This document shows, one piece after another, positions 48,157 to 60,996 of a stretch of DNA of 64,000 nucleotides. The notes under the pieces are model-generated. The model worked only from the letters and a program-made list of their open reading frames with translations. It did no database searches and was not told the DNA's origin. Position numbers and translations under genes: made by a program. This DNA is from Octopus vulgaris (taxonomy: Eukaryota). The stretch spans positions 50,840,001 to 50,904,000 of the forward strand of contig OX597833.1 of NCBI GenBank assembly GCA_951406725.2, given 5' to 3'. Position 1 is the first letter of the stretch. Each line of letters begins with the position of its first letter.

Positions 48157-48400
48157 ATGTGTGTGTGTGTGTGTGTGTGTACGTTTGTGTGTCTGTGTTA
48201 ATCCCCCCAACATCGCTTGATAACCGATGCTGGTGTGTTTACGTCCCTGAAACTTAGCGGTTCGGCAAAAGAGACCGATAGAATAAGTACTAGGCGGCTT
48301 ACAAAGAATACGTCCTGGTGTCGACTTGCTAAACTATAGGCGGTGCTCCAGCATGGCCACAGTCAAATGACTGAAACAAGTAAACGAGAGAGTAAACGAG
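47995..48400 (+). mobile_element. Chimeric SINE: family C head joined to family B body and tail
   Basis: CAGTGGTTAGGGCAACGGACTCGCGG..ACCGGGCG-TTGTGAGTG-AATTTAGTAGAGGGAAACTGAAAGAAGCCCGTC, then the family B microsatellite and tail. Confidence 0.85.
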
Positions 48401-49195
48401 AATTTGCATAAGTAGTATAGCAAATGTATTTCTATAGACATATTCTGTTTTGTACTAAACACTTAGACAAGATGTATAAACGAAGATATAATCATATAAA
48501 TTATAAATATGTTTGGTTGTGTCTAGACAGAATCATTCTCTTTTAGCGCCTTTTCGAAACGAAAATTGTAGTAAAAAATAAGTAAATTAGTGGAAATCAG
48601 ACCGGCGAGTATGTTAAATTAATAAGCCACTAAAAGAGACTGACTTTCCTCGGATACAATAAAATATGCTTCAACACACGAATTCACATAAATAATCTTG
48701 CAATCCACATATAAAAATGAAGTATAAATATGCTTATATTAACAAAGCCCTTTAAAAGATGTCCCTGGTTTATTCTGCATTGAGTAGCGCATATCACCGG
48801 TCATATAAAATCATCTTCAATTAGATTATTAGCCAGGGTAATGACCTAATATGCATATCTGCGCATTTGACGGTGAATCATTAATTAAACCGTCTTTATG
48901 CATATTATTGTGGCAATTGGATGATTTTCTGCTGAAATGAAGATTGTACAAAATTCTATGCGAGATAAAATTACTGAGTTTTCTGAACTTGTCCTTACTG
49001 CGAGAGAAAGTTAAGGAATACTTAGCGACAATTTCAACCGAATCAGAAGAAAGAAAATTATTTCAGGCAATAATTCGCTGGAATTAGAATACAATACACA
49101 CAATGACAGTAGATCATGTATTGGTTGCGTGCAATCATACATATATGTATTCAAACATACATTTTTACATAGACGCATATATATACATACATATA

Positions 49196-49748
49196 TTGGG
49201 TTGTCCGGAAAGTTCGTGCCGAATTTTAAAGGAAAGAAAAAGGTCAATAAATGTTTGCCATTACATTTTTAATCAACCAAATATGAACCATTTTGTTGCA
49301 CAATGCGTCTCCATCTTTCCTTTAACTTGAAAATACCCTCTTCCCAGAATAGAGGTGGTTTCATGGCAAAGAATTCATCAAGGTATCTTTTTATGTCATC
49401 CAAGGAATTGAAAGTTTTACCATTAAGACTATTCTGCAGAGACCTGAATAAGTGGAAATCCGAAGGAGTACTATCAGGTGAATATGGAGGGTGGGGTAAC
49501 ACATCCCAGCCGAGCTGCAGCAATTTTTGTCTGCTTCCCAAACCAACAAGTGCCGAAAATAAACTTTCTTATCGTCCATTTTAAAGGGTTACAGAATTAA
49601 CACAGGTTATAGGAACATAAAACTTGTTCCCCGAAAAGATAGCTAAATGGACGTGTAGTCAAATCCTATTTTGTGGACTCAACCATGTTCTAAAATATGT
49701 CGAAAGGTAAGCTGCTATAAATCGGCACGAACATTTCGGACAACCCAC
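49196..49748 (-). mobile_element. Internally deleted mariner element with both TIRs
   Basis: TIRs TTGGGTTGTCCGGAAAGTTCGTGCCGA / TCGGCACGAACATTTCGGACAACCCAC with TA flanks. N-terminus MDDKKVYFRHLL lies next to the C-terminus WDVLPHPPYSPDSTPSDFHLFRSLQN..RWRRIVQQNGSY (49269-49541). Confidence 0.92.
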
Positions 49749-50313
49749 TACATGGATATATACATATATAGGTAAGTACATATATAGATGCCTCTAGACA
49801 TGCAAACATATATAATCACAACACATACATATGCATTGATACTTACATATTTACATATAAAAGAGCATTAATCAACAACGTCTTTGTAACAACGCTACCT
49901 TAATAAAATATATTTTGGATATGGAAAAATACTCCGTACAAGAAACAAAAAAAAAATATATATAGCTTATTAGAAGTAACCCAGGAAAATACTGTCGCAC
50001 GAAATAGGAACGTTAGCGTAATATAACGCACGCCCTGAAGAGGAATTGTTCATTACATCATCTGATGATTTTTTTGGTTAGGCTGCACATGAAACTTTAG
50101 GTTATAATATACCAACACTAACGCAGAACATCATTATAACTCTGCTTTGGGCAGTATTGTTAACCAATACTATAAAAGTGTTCGCGTGAACATGATATAC
50201 ACACACACACGCACGCACACACATGTATAGATATGATATATGTGCAGGTAAGGATATTTTTTATTTGTATGTATGCATATATATATAAATATATTTGTAT
50301 ATATGTATATGCT

Positions 50314-50344
<31 letters not shown>

Positions 50345-50503
50345 GTATATATACATATATATCAATATATATTTATATACATTCATGTATTATATGTCTA
50401 TATATATGTGTGTATATATATATGTGTATATATATATATGTGTATATATGTATGTATATATATAACTATAAATCTATGTGTGTGTCTCTCTTCTCTCTCT
50501 CTC

Positions 50504-50549
<46 letters not shown>

Positions 50550-51100
50550 CGTATATATAAAAATATATATCGAATATATATTTATAGACATTCATGTATT
50601 ATATGTCTATATATATGTGTATATATATATATGTGTATATATGTATGTATATATATAACTATAAATCTATGTGTGTGTGTCTCTCTTCTCTCTCTCTCTA
50701 TTTATATATATATATATATATATTTATTTATATATATATATGCGTAATACATACACGTGTTGGTGCAAAGATATGTAGATCTTCAGATATTCGGAAATAT
50801 ATTCGATACATTTTTTTTTCAGTGTCCAAGGAGCAAGCAGTTTCACAGAGTCCAGAACAGAGTGTTTGAGTTTCAGAAATATAGAGGTGTCTCTTTCAAA
50901 AATCAGACACCTCTATATATTTTCAGCAACGATGGGGCAACCAATTAAATAAAAATCAAGAACGGGATATGAATTACATTCTGTAAAGTTATTGAAGAAC
51001 TACCATCATGTAACTATTGATGGATATCATAGTCTGATCCGAAAAGTCTTGCAATATATTTGCACATGAATTATGGATGCTTGCATGTAACATAAAGCAA

Positions 51101-51210
<110 letters not shown>

Positions 51211-51722
51211 GTATATATATATATATGTATATGTATATATATATGTATATATATATAAATATATATATATATGTATATATATATGTATGTATATATCAGA
51301 TACTTATTCATATATAATTCTTTAATTCTTTTAAGCGTATATACATAATGTATGTGCTAAAGTTAATGGGGTTGCTGAGTATGTGTAAGATGTATATACT
51401 ACAGCCAACATATATTTTATCATTTCGCCAATCCCAACATACCCACCCATCATCGAAAATGAAAAAAAAATAAAATAAAAAAGTACACCAAACTAGCAGA
51501 AGGATAGTAATAGCAATAGCAACAACATCATGGACATACTATGTAAAAAAAAAACTAAAAATAAACAAATGTTTACAAATAACCATTACCAATTCCTTGG
51601 ACAGAAATAAAAGAATAAATTCTGTAAACAGATCTATATGGGTTTGCATTTCCATTTACCCCACCACACCCACGGATATTCTTATATAAATATATATGTA
51701 TAAATATATATGTATATATCTG

Positions 51723-51785
<63 letters not shown>

Positions 51786-51919
51786 GTATATCTGTCTATA
51801 TATACATCATCTTATATATACATATATATGTGTGTGTGTGTATTGTGTTCTACGTTTATTTGTGGTGTCCTGTACTCATATATGCATGTATATATACATA
51901 TAGATGTAGGTATGTTACT

Positions 51920-51951
<32 letters not shown>

Positions 51952-51995
51952 TGTATGTTTGCATATGTTATTAAATTGTTATTAAATATATATAT

Positions 51996-52027
<32 letters not shown>

Positions 52028-52485
52028 CCGAGAGAGAAAGAGAGATGTAGGTAGGTCGGTACGTAGGTAGACAACTAGAGAGATATACATAATATATATC
52101 TATATATCATAGATATATTTATCTATAATATTTGTATATTTGTTATGTATGAGTTGTCATTTTCTCTGCTCTTTTATCGTACTTTTTTGCTCCATCTTGG
52201 ATGTAGTTTATTTGGTTGTAGTAGGGTTGGTCAGATTCCAAAGATAAGCGGCAAATACAGATAAATCAGGTTCGTATTCGAAGCTGGTGTTAAGTGTTAT
52301 ATTTCGATTATGTCCTTCAGCATGCTACCAGTGAAATAGAGGCGAAATATCGCCAAAAGTAATAAATAAGTTGAATGTCTATAAAATATCTCACAACAGC
52401 CAACAACTGAAAGAATTCTTATGAACGAAAATTGACTCAAGCAATGAATACTTTGCATAATGTACGGCTTTCATCTACTCTCTAG

Positions 52486-52538
<53 letters not shown>

Positions 52539-52652
52539 TCTTTCTGTATATACACACAGACATACGCACACACATGCACTCTCTCTCTCTCTAACACACA
52601 CATACACGCGTACGTATATATAAATATATATATATACATATATATATATATG

Positions 52653-52710
<58 letters not shown>

Positions 52711-53152
52711 CATATATATACATATACATATATATATATATACGTGTATGTATCTTATTGGTTCCGGCATGACTAATTGTATAAGTTTGTTTTCTGAACA
52801 CATGAACACATGGTTCCAGTTTAAGTCCCAGTGAGCGAGTGGATTTGGTTGGTAGCCGGGCCCTCAAAGAAGCCCGTTGTATATCTTGCGGTGCAGTTTT
52901 GTAGAACTTTTCATCGGATAATGGAACAAATATTATCAATGATATAATTTTCAACTCCTAAATTATAATTGTTTAAGGGTTTTACTTTCATATATAGTAA
53001 AATATATATGAAAGCATATATTTCATATATCACTGTGATCACCGTGACCGACCAAGCTATCAGATATTGCTACACATCGGTGGTCACAATGCGCTTCGCA
53101 GTGTTTTAGCCTTCCAATGACGCCAACCCGCTGGCTAAACGAGCAGGCCAAC

Positions 53153-53195
<43 letters not shown>

Positions 53196-53202
<7 letters not shown>

Positions 53203-53455
53203 CGAGACAAAACCACTATTTTAAAACCAAAACAAGGAAAGACTTAATCAATACATAAAATTTTAATATAAATTAAATAAATAAAATATTTATTTAATTT
53301 ATATAAAAATTTTATGTATTGATTAAGTCTTTCCTTGTTTTGGTTTTAAAATAGTGGTTTTGTCTCGAATTATATTATATAATATTTTACTATAAAATTG
53401 GATTTAACCCTAAATCTGATTTTTCCCTGTAATTTTGGATTCATTCCCTAATATT

Positions 53456-53460
<5 letters not shown>
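53196..53460. mobile_element. ~180-bp palindrome (53196-53374) plus an ~86-bp tail, inside (TA)n
   Basis: TATAATTCGAGACAAAACCACTATT.. / ..AATAGTGGTTTTGTCTCGAATTATA, 3-nt loop; (TA)n on both sides. Confidence 0.85.
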
Positions 53461-53489
<29 letters not shown>

Positions 53490-53491
<2 letters not shown>

Positions 53492-53699
53492 TCTTTTACT
53501 CTTTTACTTGTTTCAGTCATTTGACTGCAGCCATGCTGGAGTACCGCCTTTAGTCGAGCAAATCGACCCCAGAACAAATTCTTTGTAAGCCTAGTACTTA
53601 TTCTATCGGTCTCTGTTGCCGAACCGCCGATTTACGGTGACATAAACACACCAGCATCGGTTGTCAAGCGATGTCCGGGGGACAAACACAGACACACTA

Positions 53700-53738
<39 letters not shown>

Positions 53739-53892
53739 CGACTGGCTTCTTTTCAGTTTCCGTCAACCAAATCCACTCACAAGGCTTTGGTCAACCCGAG
53801 TCTGTAGTAGAAGACATTCGACCAAGTTGCCACGCAGTGGAACTAAACCTTGAACCATGTGGTTGGTAAGCAAACTACTTACCACACAGCCA
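53490..53892 (-). mobile_element. SINE family B, near full length
   Basis: Tail CTCTTTTACTTGTTTCAGTC, internal (CA)/(TA), head CTTACCACACAGCC. Confidence 0.9.
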
Positions 53893-54022
53893 GAAATAAT
53901 TTTTTTTTTATTCTCAAACGCGTGGTAATGCTAATAAATAGCGTAATCAGGATACATTATCTATACATTGCATAAAAATACGTTACTGGCCAGCAATGAG
54001 AATGTCTATAAAATATTTCGAA

Positions 54023-54091
54023 CACAATGAGACTCGAACACACATTCCTGTGATTACGCGTCAAGTGCTTTACCATTGAGCTAAACTGCCC
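54023..54091 (-). other. tRNA-like sequence (pseudo-tRNA or SINE head) within a 25-bp inverted repeat
   Basis: Minus strand GGGCAGTTTAGCTCAATGGTAAAGCAC..GTTCGAGTC has A and B boxes; the acceptor stem does not close. Confidence 0.55.
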
Positions 54092-54147
54092 AGTAACGAA
54101 TTCTTCTGCAAGTTTAGAACTTATAAATTTAGCTTCATAAGACGCTA

Positions 54148-54184
<37 letters not shown>

Positions 54185-54187
54185 AAG

Positions 54188-54229
<42 letters not shown>

Positions 54230-54278
54230 CTGTATGTATTGAGTACCTTACTTACTGTGGTTAACCCGAATCCCGGAC

Positions 54279-54323
<45 letters not shown>

Positions 54324-54443
54324 ATGGGCTCCACTACCTCAAATGTTCTTAAAATTTAAATCCACATATTTGCCTATACATCTACCTTCTCTATAATGTT
54401 GCCACTTGATATGAAATCTTTTGTACTAATGGAAAACCTCTAT

Positions 54444-54536
54444 AATTGGCTGATGAGTACTCAGCATTTTAAAACTGTTGTAATACTTACAACATTTAAT
54501 AAAAAATGATGTAGTACGAATCGATCGTACCAAATT
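54444..54536 (+). ncRNA. Type I hammerhead-like motif with long stem II, in a (TA)n-flanked insert (54320-54570)
   Basis: Stem I TTGG/CCAA, CTGATGA (54450-54456), stem II GTACT/AGTAC with inner TGTTGTAA/TTACAACA, GAAT (one core change from GAAA), palindromic CGATCG, GTA triplet (54527-54529). Confidence 0.7.
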
Positions 54537-54572
54537 ACCAGAGTCATTCTTGTTGTTTATTTTGTAAAGATA

Positions 54573-54647
<75 letters not shown>

Positions 54648-55274
54648 ATATATATGTATATATATGTACATATATATGCGTGTGTGTTTTTCTGTCTATG
54701 TTTGTCCGCGTGACAACCGGTTTGGCGTGTTTACGTTCCTATAAGCTAGCGCGAAGCTATCGATAGAAAATGTAACAGTTTATGTTGATGGATATATCAA
54801 GGTAGGAATAAAATATGCAAATATAGGCATGTGCTTTTATGTTTTTGATCATCACCACCATCTCTTTCTCGAATTTTTCTGATATCTGTACATATATTTA
54901 TACATACCTATACATAAAAATATGTATATATATATATAAAACAGTACTTTGAGAATAAGAACGAAACGAACGAATTGAATCGAATCGACGCGAGTGCGCT
55001 GTCATACAATATAGTGTAATAAATAAAATATGCATACATACATACATATATGTACGTACCTACATCTACATGTATATATACATGCATATATAAATATATA
55101 TACACGTGAGTACAGGACACCACAACTAGACGTAGAACTCAATGAGAAACGAAAACGGAAAAACAAGCATGGAACAAACCATTTTTTTACAACAGAAAAA
55201 CAGAGTACAAGACAAACTACACAAGGAAAAATCCCCTTCATCAGCTGTCCCTTGTTCAACTCTAGCGTGTTTCG

Positions 55275-55315
<41 letters not shown>

Positions 55316-56191
55316 GTACGTATATAGAGAAATATAGATGTTGACAGCTGTTTCGGAGCAACAAGTCGTATGTCGTCCATATGTACTAAAAATCAATATA
55401 GCTGAATATAATAACACACCTATCACTATTCCTCGTTTTCTTTCCATTTCTTTCCTTACGACCCTACTCTATTCGTTATAAACCATCATATTTGTGGACA
55501 CTGTTATGAGAAAACAGCTTATAGTTTCGTTAACAATGAATCGTCCAGGCTGTTTCTTGGTTATTCACTATATGTGTGTGGCAGATAGTAAAATAAAGGA
55601 AGAATTAAATGATCTGTGTATTGAAAAATATGGTAAAATAACCCAAATGCTTTCTAAAGTCAAACATCTCTTATTAATTCATTGAATACGTTCACATTAC
55701 AGAATATTCTCAGTTATCACGCGCTTGACAATAATCTATATCAGATCTAGCATTCCTTCGAAGCGCCCGCAATGTGTGACGTCTTAGCACCGCTAATAAT
55801 CTTGCATGGAAGTAGGCTGTCTCGCCCTGAACTCATAGAAAAGATTACTTTTGAACAGGAACCAAATATTTAAAATACAAGGCAATTCTCCTTTAAATTA
55901 CAGCCATCACCAGTAGATTGGCAGCAGTTCAAGAGGTTATTCAGATTTCAAAGGCGAAATGGTGCTTCAGGAAAACAGTTGTTTTGATGGTCACCAACAT
56001 CTGGAAGAATTTCAAAATGCAGTTGACGACGCGCCGACTGAATCCCTAACAACTGATTTCAGTAAGATAAAAACTGCAATTTTCTCATAAAGATGTTTTT
56101 CAGAGATATTTTCTTTTCTACTTTTCATCCTCTTCTACAATTCCATATGTCTATGCGTGAATGAGTGTGTCTCTGCATATATATATATATG

Positions 56192-56272
<81 letters not shown>

Positions 56273-56302
56273 ATATGTATGTATGTATATATATATATAT
56301 TA

Positions 56303-56396
<94 letters not shown>

Positions 56397-56417
56397 GGTA
56401 TGTATATATATATATAT

Positions 56418-56628
56418 ATACAACAAGAGGCTTCAAATAGGAAAGCCTTGTGCTAGAAAGAGCAGTAGAGTTTGGTTTGAGTTTTCTACTGCTCTTTCTA
56501 GCACAAGGCTTTCCTATTAGGAAGCCTCTTGTTGTATTTCAATGTGAATAATATATAGTCTAATAACTAATTCGTTTTTGTGCTAGGCCACTGGTAATAA
56601 TTTCTTATTATCCTATTGTTATTTATTA

Positions 56629-56636
<8 letters not shown>
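56418..56636. mobile_element. 120-bp hairpin (56418-56537) plus a ~100-bp tail, inside (TA)n
   Basis: ATACAACAAGAGGCTTC..GCAGTAGA / TCTACTGC..GAAGCCTCTTGTTGTAT, 15-nt loop; (TA)n on both sides. Confidence 0.85.
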
Positions 56637-56684
<48 letters not shown>

Positions 56685-58380
56685 ATACTCTGTGTGTGTG
56701 TCTGTATATCTACATACTTACATATCAACATATACACACTCTCTTTCACACATACACATATTTAGTCTGTCTGTGTGTATTTATATATTTTGTCGTAAAC
56801 AATTATCAGTAAGAATTATTGTTTACCATTATCGAGATGTATGCCACGAAGTATTGTAATATATATATATCGATAATTTGTGAGCCTCAAACAAAACACG
56901 TGCATACGTGTGTATATGTGTGCTTGCATGGGAGTGTGCTTCTATGTATGTGCATGTCTGTGTGTGTCTGTGTACGGTGCGCATACGTGGTTTCACAAAC
57001 AGAGAGAAATCAATCGTTATATCTCTCGCCCTTTGTAGGAAACGCTTTTCAGTTACGGGGAATGATTGGAACCATCTCGTATAACTCTCGCTGAGCTAAA
57101 ACCCAGTTTGATTTAGCCTCAAATTAGTCCTTTCACATTTTGTGCTACTGCTGTACCGCTGTTTCCAACACTTACAGGAATTTATCCACTATTTCAAAAT
57201 GGGAGCTGTTTAAATAACACCACTCCTGCAGAAGGAGTTTCAAGAAATCTATTGACAGAATACAAATTCCTTATCTTCACCACAACCCAATCATTATATT
57301 TCCATTAATTTTTTTTTTGTTTCCCTAACAAGTTTTAACATCACAAACCTACCACTCTCAACTTCTCAAGTAAGATAACTCTGTAGATAACATAACAACC
57401 ACAGCTGCTGCTCGTCCTGTTTGTTATTAGAGACCGTGTTGACACGCACACACGCTTGCTCAGAGAATGAAATATATATATATATATATATGGAGAGAAA
57501 GAGAGAGAGAATAAATTTGCTCCAAAAGTATCAAAACCTTTCCGTTTAAAACAATTCATCAGTGTGACCGATTCTGTTGGTGGTCTCCTAAAATCCGTAA
57601 CCCGTACTCTCCAAATCTACTTACTCTTCTAATTGAACTTGATATATCTTTCTCTCTAGGGAGAGCTAACTCAAAATCCCAAAATGCGTGACGGCCTATC
57701 TCATTTTTAAAAATGACGTCGCCTTTTGTCTTTGCCGAGCTCTTCTAGTCCGTCCTCATATCTGACAAGAGAGGAAAATATTTGTGGATTTCCACTTCAC
57801 AAAATTGAATCTTCCTCACGCCACTTCTCACTTTTTTTCGCTAAGTTTCCGTATGGCTATATCATTTAACAATTTAGAGCAGTACTTTTTAAACCTGTTT
57901 CCTTTTTTTTTTTCTTTTTGACTATGGACCCATTTGATTCCTATTTTACTCAGGTGAACCCTCCTAGGTATTAAATATTTTAAAAAAATCCCATTATAAT
58001 TTTATAATTAAATATTATTAGGAATTGTATTAAAAAAAATTGTTGAAAATTGTAACTTAGCGGTTCGGCAAAAGATACCGATAGAATAAGTACAAGGCTT
58101 ACAAAGAATAAGTCCTGTTATCGATTTTCTCAACTAAAAGCGGTGCTCCAGCATGGCCGGAGTAAAATGAGTGAAACAAGATAAAGAGTAAAAAAAAAAT
58201 AAGTATAACAATTTTATTTCAGATAAATTTTAATAACAAACTCCTATATGTACACCCCAAGTGCCCTATGGACTCCAGCTGAAAACCACAGATTTAAATC
58301 CTTGTATCCCTGCATCAACTATCAGTACTCCCTTTTAGCTTGAGAGTTTCGTTAAGTAATGCACTATTATGAAGTGGAAA

Positions 58381-58660
58381 TTTTTTCTTCTTCTTCTTCT
58401 TCTTCTTCTTCTTCTTCTTCTTCTTCTTCTTCTTCTTCTTCTCATCCTTCTTCTTCTTCTTCTTCTTCTTCTTCTCATCCTTCTTCTTCTTCTTCTTCTT
58501 CTTCTTCTCATCCTTCTTCTTCTTCTTCTTCTTCTTCTTCTTCTTCTTCTTCTTCTTCTTCTTCTTCTTCTTCTTCTTCTTCTTCTTCTTCTTCTTCTCC
58601 TCATTCTCCTCCTCCTCCTTCTTCTTTTTCTTTTTCTTCTTTTTCGTCTTCTTCTTGCCA
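58381..58660. repeat. (TTC)n microsatellite with periodic CTCATC interruptions
   Basis: Direct inspection. Confidence 0.95.
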
Positions 58661-58992
58661 TTGACCGGAGGAGGAGGCTGCCCGCTCAACCAATACGCCT
58701 CTGTGGGTACCGCTGCATAACGGACTTTGGTGATGATGGAAACCACTTATAATTAGAACTCCTGAAAAACAACTATCAAAAAAAATCCACTCATATCTTT
58801 ATGCAATGGACTGTCTATAATTTCCCTCACCCCCTCCAACCACCCTCAAAACTTTTATTTGTGTTTAATATAAAATCCTGCAGCTAAGATACCGATCTCA
58901 ATAAGTTTCTCGTCAGAGTGCTCAATCACGAGCTGCGTTGATAGGTCCACTTTCCGACCATACTCCTATTCTATCAACTCTGATATGCTCAC

Positions 58993-59218
58993 CCTTTACT
59001 CTTTACTCTTTTACTTGTTTCAGTCATTTGACTGCGGCCATGCTGGAGCACCACATTTTGTCGAGCAAATCGACCCCGGGACTTATTCTTTGTAAACCCA
59101 GTACTTATTCTATCGTCGGTCTCTTTTGCCGAATCGCTAAGTGACGAGGACATAAACACACCAGCATCTGTTGTCAAGCAATGCTAAAGGGACAAACACA
59201 GACACACAAACATACACA

Positions 59219-59304
<86 letters not shown>

Positions 59305-59472
59305 TATATGACGGGCTTCTTTCAGTTTCCGTCAACCAAATCCACTCACAAGGCTTTGGTCGGCCCGAGGCTATAGCAGAAGACACTTGCCCAAGATGTC
59401 ACGCAGTGGGACTGAACCCGGAACCATGTGGTTGGTTAGCAAGCTACTTACCACACAGCCACTCCTGCGCCT
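58993..59472 (-). mobile_element. SINE family B, full length
   Basis: Complete head (..GCCACTCCTGCGCCT), internal (CA)n(TA)n, tail (TTTACTC)n. Confidence 0.92.
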
Positions 59473-59916
59473 TAACGTTCTTTTTATTTTTCTTCTTCTC
59501 CATAACTCTTTCTTCCGCACGTTGATGACATACACAATACACGTTAATGGCCAACTTCCTGTCGCTGCTAAGCACCCGCATTCCTATACAAGATGTTAAC
59601 ATTCTTCCATGAACATTCTTCATTAATTGAAAAGTGACAATAACTACCCTTACCAAGAAAAGAAAATTTTGCATGTTCTTTCGCCGAGCATGACAACAAC
59701 GAAACTCACTCAAAACTTCCTCTCTTCTGTCCTAGTGACCTCATCTGTATAAAATTGCTTAGCCCTGTCAGGCTGTATTCCTACAACAGCGAGATTAAGC
59801 TAAACGCCATCTCTGCTGGATTCCCGGTGAAGCAGTAATGAACAACAAACGTAGCATAAGAAGACGCAACCGATTCTGTACATTAGCTTTCTTGCAATCG
59901 TCACTCTTGAGCTGTA

Positions 59917-60279
59917 GTGGAGGCGCAATGGCCCAGTGGTTAGGGCAGCGGACTCGCGGTCGTAGGATCGCGGTTTCGATTCCCAGACCGGGCGTTGTGA
60001 GTGTTTATTGAGCGAAAACACCTAAAAGCTCCACGAGGCTCCGGCAGGGGATGGTGGTGATCCCAGCTGTACTCTTTCACCACAACTTTCTCTCACTCTT
60101 ACTTCCTGTTTCTGTTGTACCTGTATTTCAAAGGGCCAGCCTTGTCACTCTCTGTGTCAACGCTGAATATCCCCGAGAACTACGTTAAGGGTGCACGTGT
60201 CTGTGGAGTGCTCAGCCACTTACACGTTAATTTCACGAGCAGAAACCCTCGTCGTCGTAACCGACGGAATGCTTCTATC
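59917..60279 (+). mobile_element. SINE family C, tail type 2, with a 15-bp TSD
   Basis: TSD CACTCTTGAGCTGTA at 59902-59916 and 60280-60294. Confidence 0.92.
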
Positions 60280-60412
60280 CACTCTTGAGCTGTACATGCA
60301 ACAATATATATTTTACTCGAGAGTCCAGGTGAAGGGTAAAATTAGACTAAGGTGTTCAAGTCTGAGAGAGTTAATATGATTCCGAATAACTTCAAGAATA
60401 TGTAACAGGTAA

Positions 60413-60996
60413 AGAAGGTGGCATGAAAAGGTTGCCAGAAAAGGTTATATTTAATAAAAAATAACTTATTTACTTAAGTTTTAACATAATCTCCTTCGAA
60501 ATAGCCCCTTTGTACAGCAAAACATCGGTCGCAGCGTTTCCGCCATTTTTGGAATCTGACCTGGCAGTCACTTTCTGTAAGCGAGTTAAGGACCTTCTAT
60601 GATTCGCTCTGGATATCGACAACGGCATAAAAATGGCCTCCTTTGAGTTGCATTTTTACCTTGGGGGAAGAGATGGAAGGTACAGGTGCTAAATATGGTG
60701 AATAGGGCGGGTACAGTAGCAATACCATGCTGTTTTTCGCGCTCCAGAGATCCGGTCGCTTTCGCTGAATGTCCGACCTAAGATGCTTCAAAACGTTGTG
60801 GGCAATAAAGAAATAACAAAACTATACATGATCACAATGACACAAATTTCACAACTTGCGTAGTAAACATAACGCTGTCACTCGGCACACTGCCCCATGA
60901 AGCTCACTGTTATCTCTCCTAGCGTACGCAACCGAGTTCTGCCATCTGCTGGTGCGTTATAGCATTAGTCTGGGAACTTTTTAAATATCACCTCGT
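60413..60996 (-). pseudogene. Mariner relic, internally deleted
   Basis: YPPYSPYLAP..KMQLKGGHF..DIQ and RCDRCFAVQRGYFEGD on the minus strand; degenerate TIRs (GAGGTG..AAAAGTTCCCAGA). Confidence 0.75.

Noticed and set aside
50030-50110. CTGAAGA / CTGATGA..GAAAC as a hammerhead
   Set aside because: No convincing stems I-III. The minus-strand hits near 1620 and 2335 fail for the same reason.
55800-56110. Possible exon (AG..GTAAG, ~55945-56061) or Tc1 remnant
   Set aside because: No recognisable domain; only a faint SPDLNPIE-like trace upstream.
58660-58750. Retroelement 3' end with a (GAA)n tail on the minus strand
   Set aside because: Single occurrence with no diagnostic motif.
59917-59995. 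tRNA gene
   Set aside because: The acceptor stem does not close and the sequence continues into a SINE body with a TSD.
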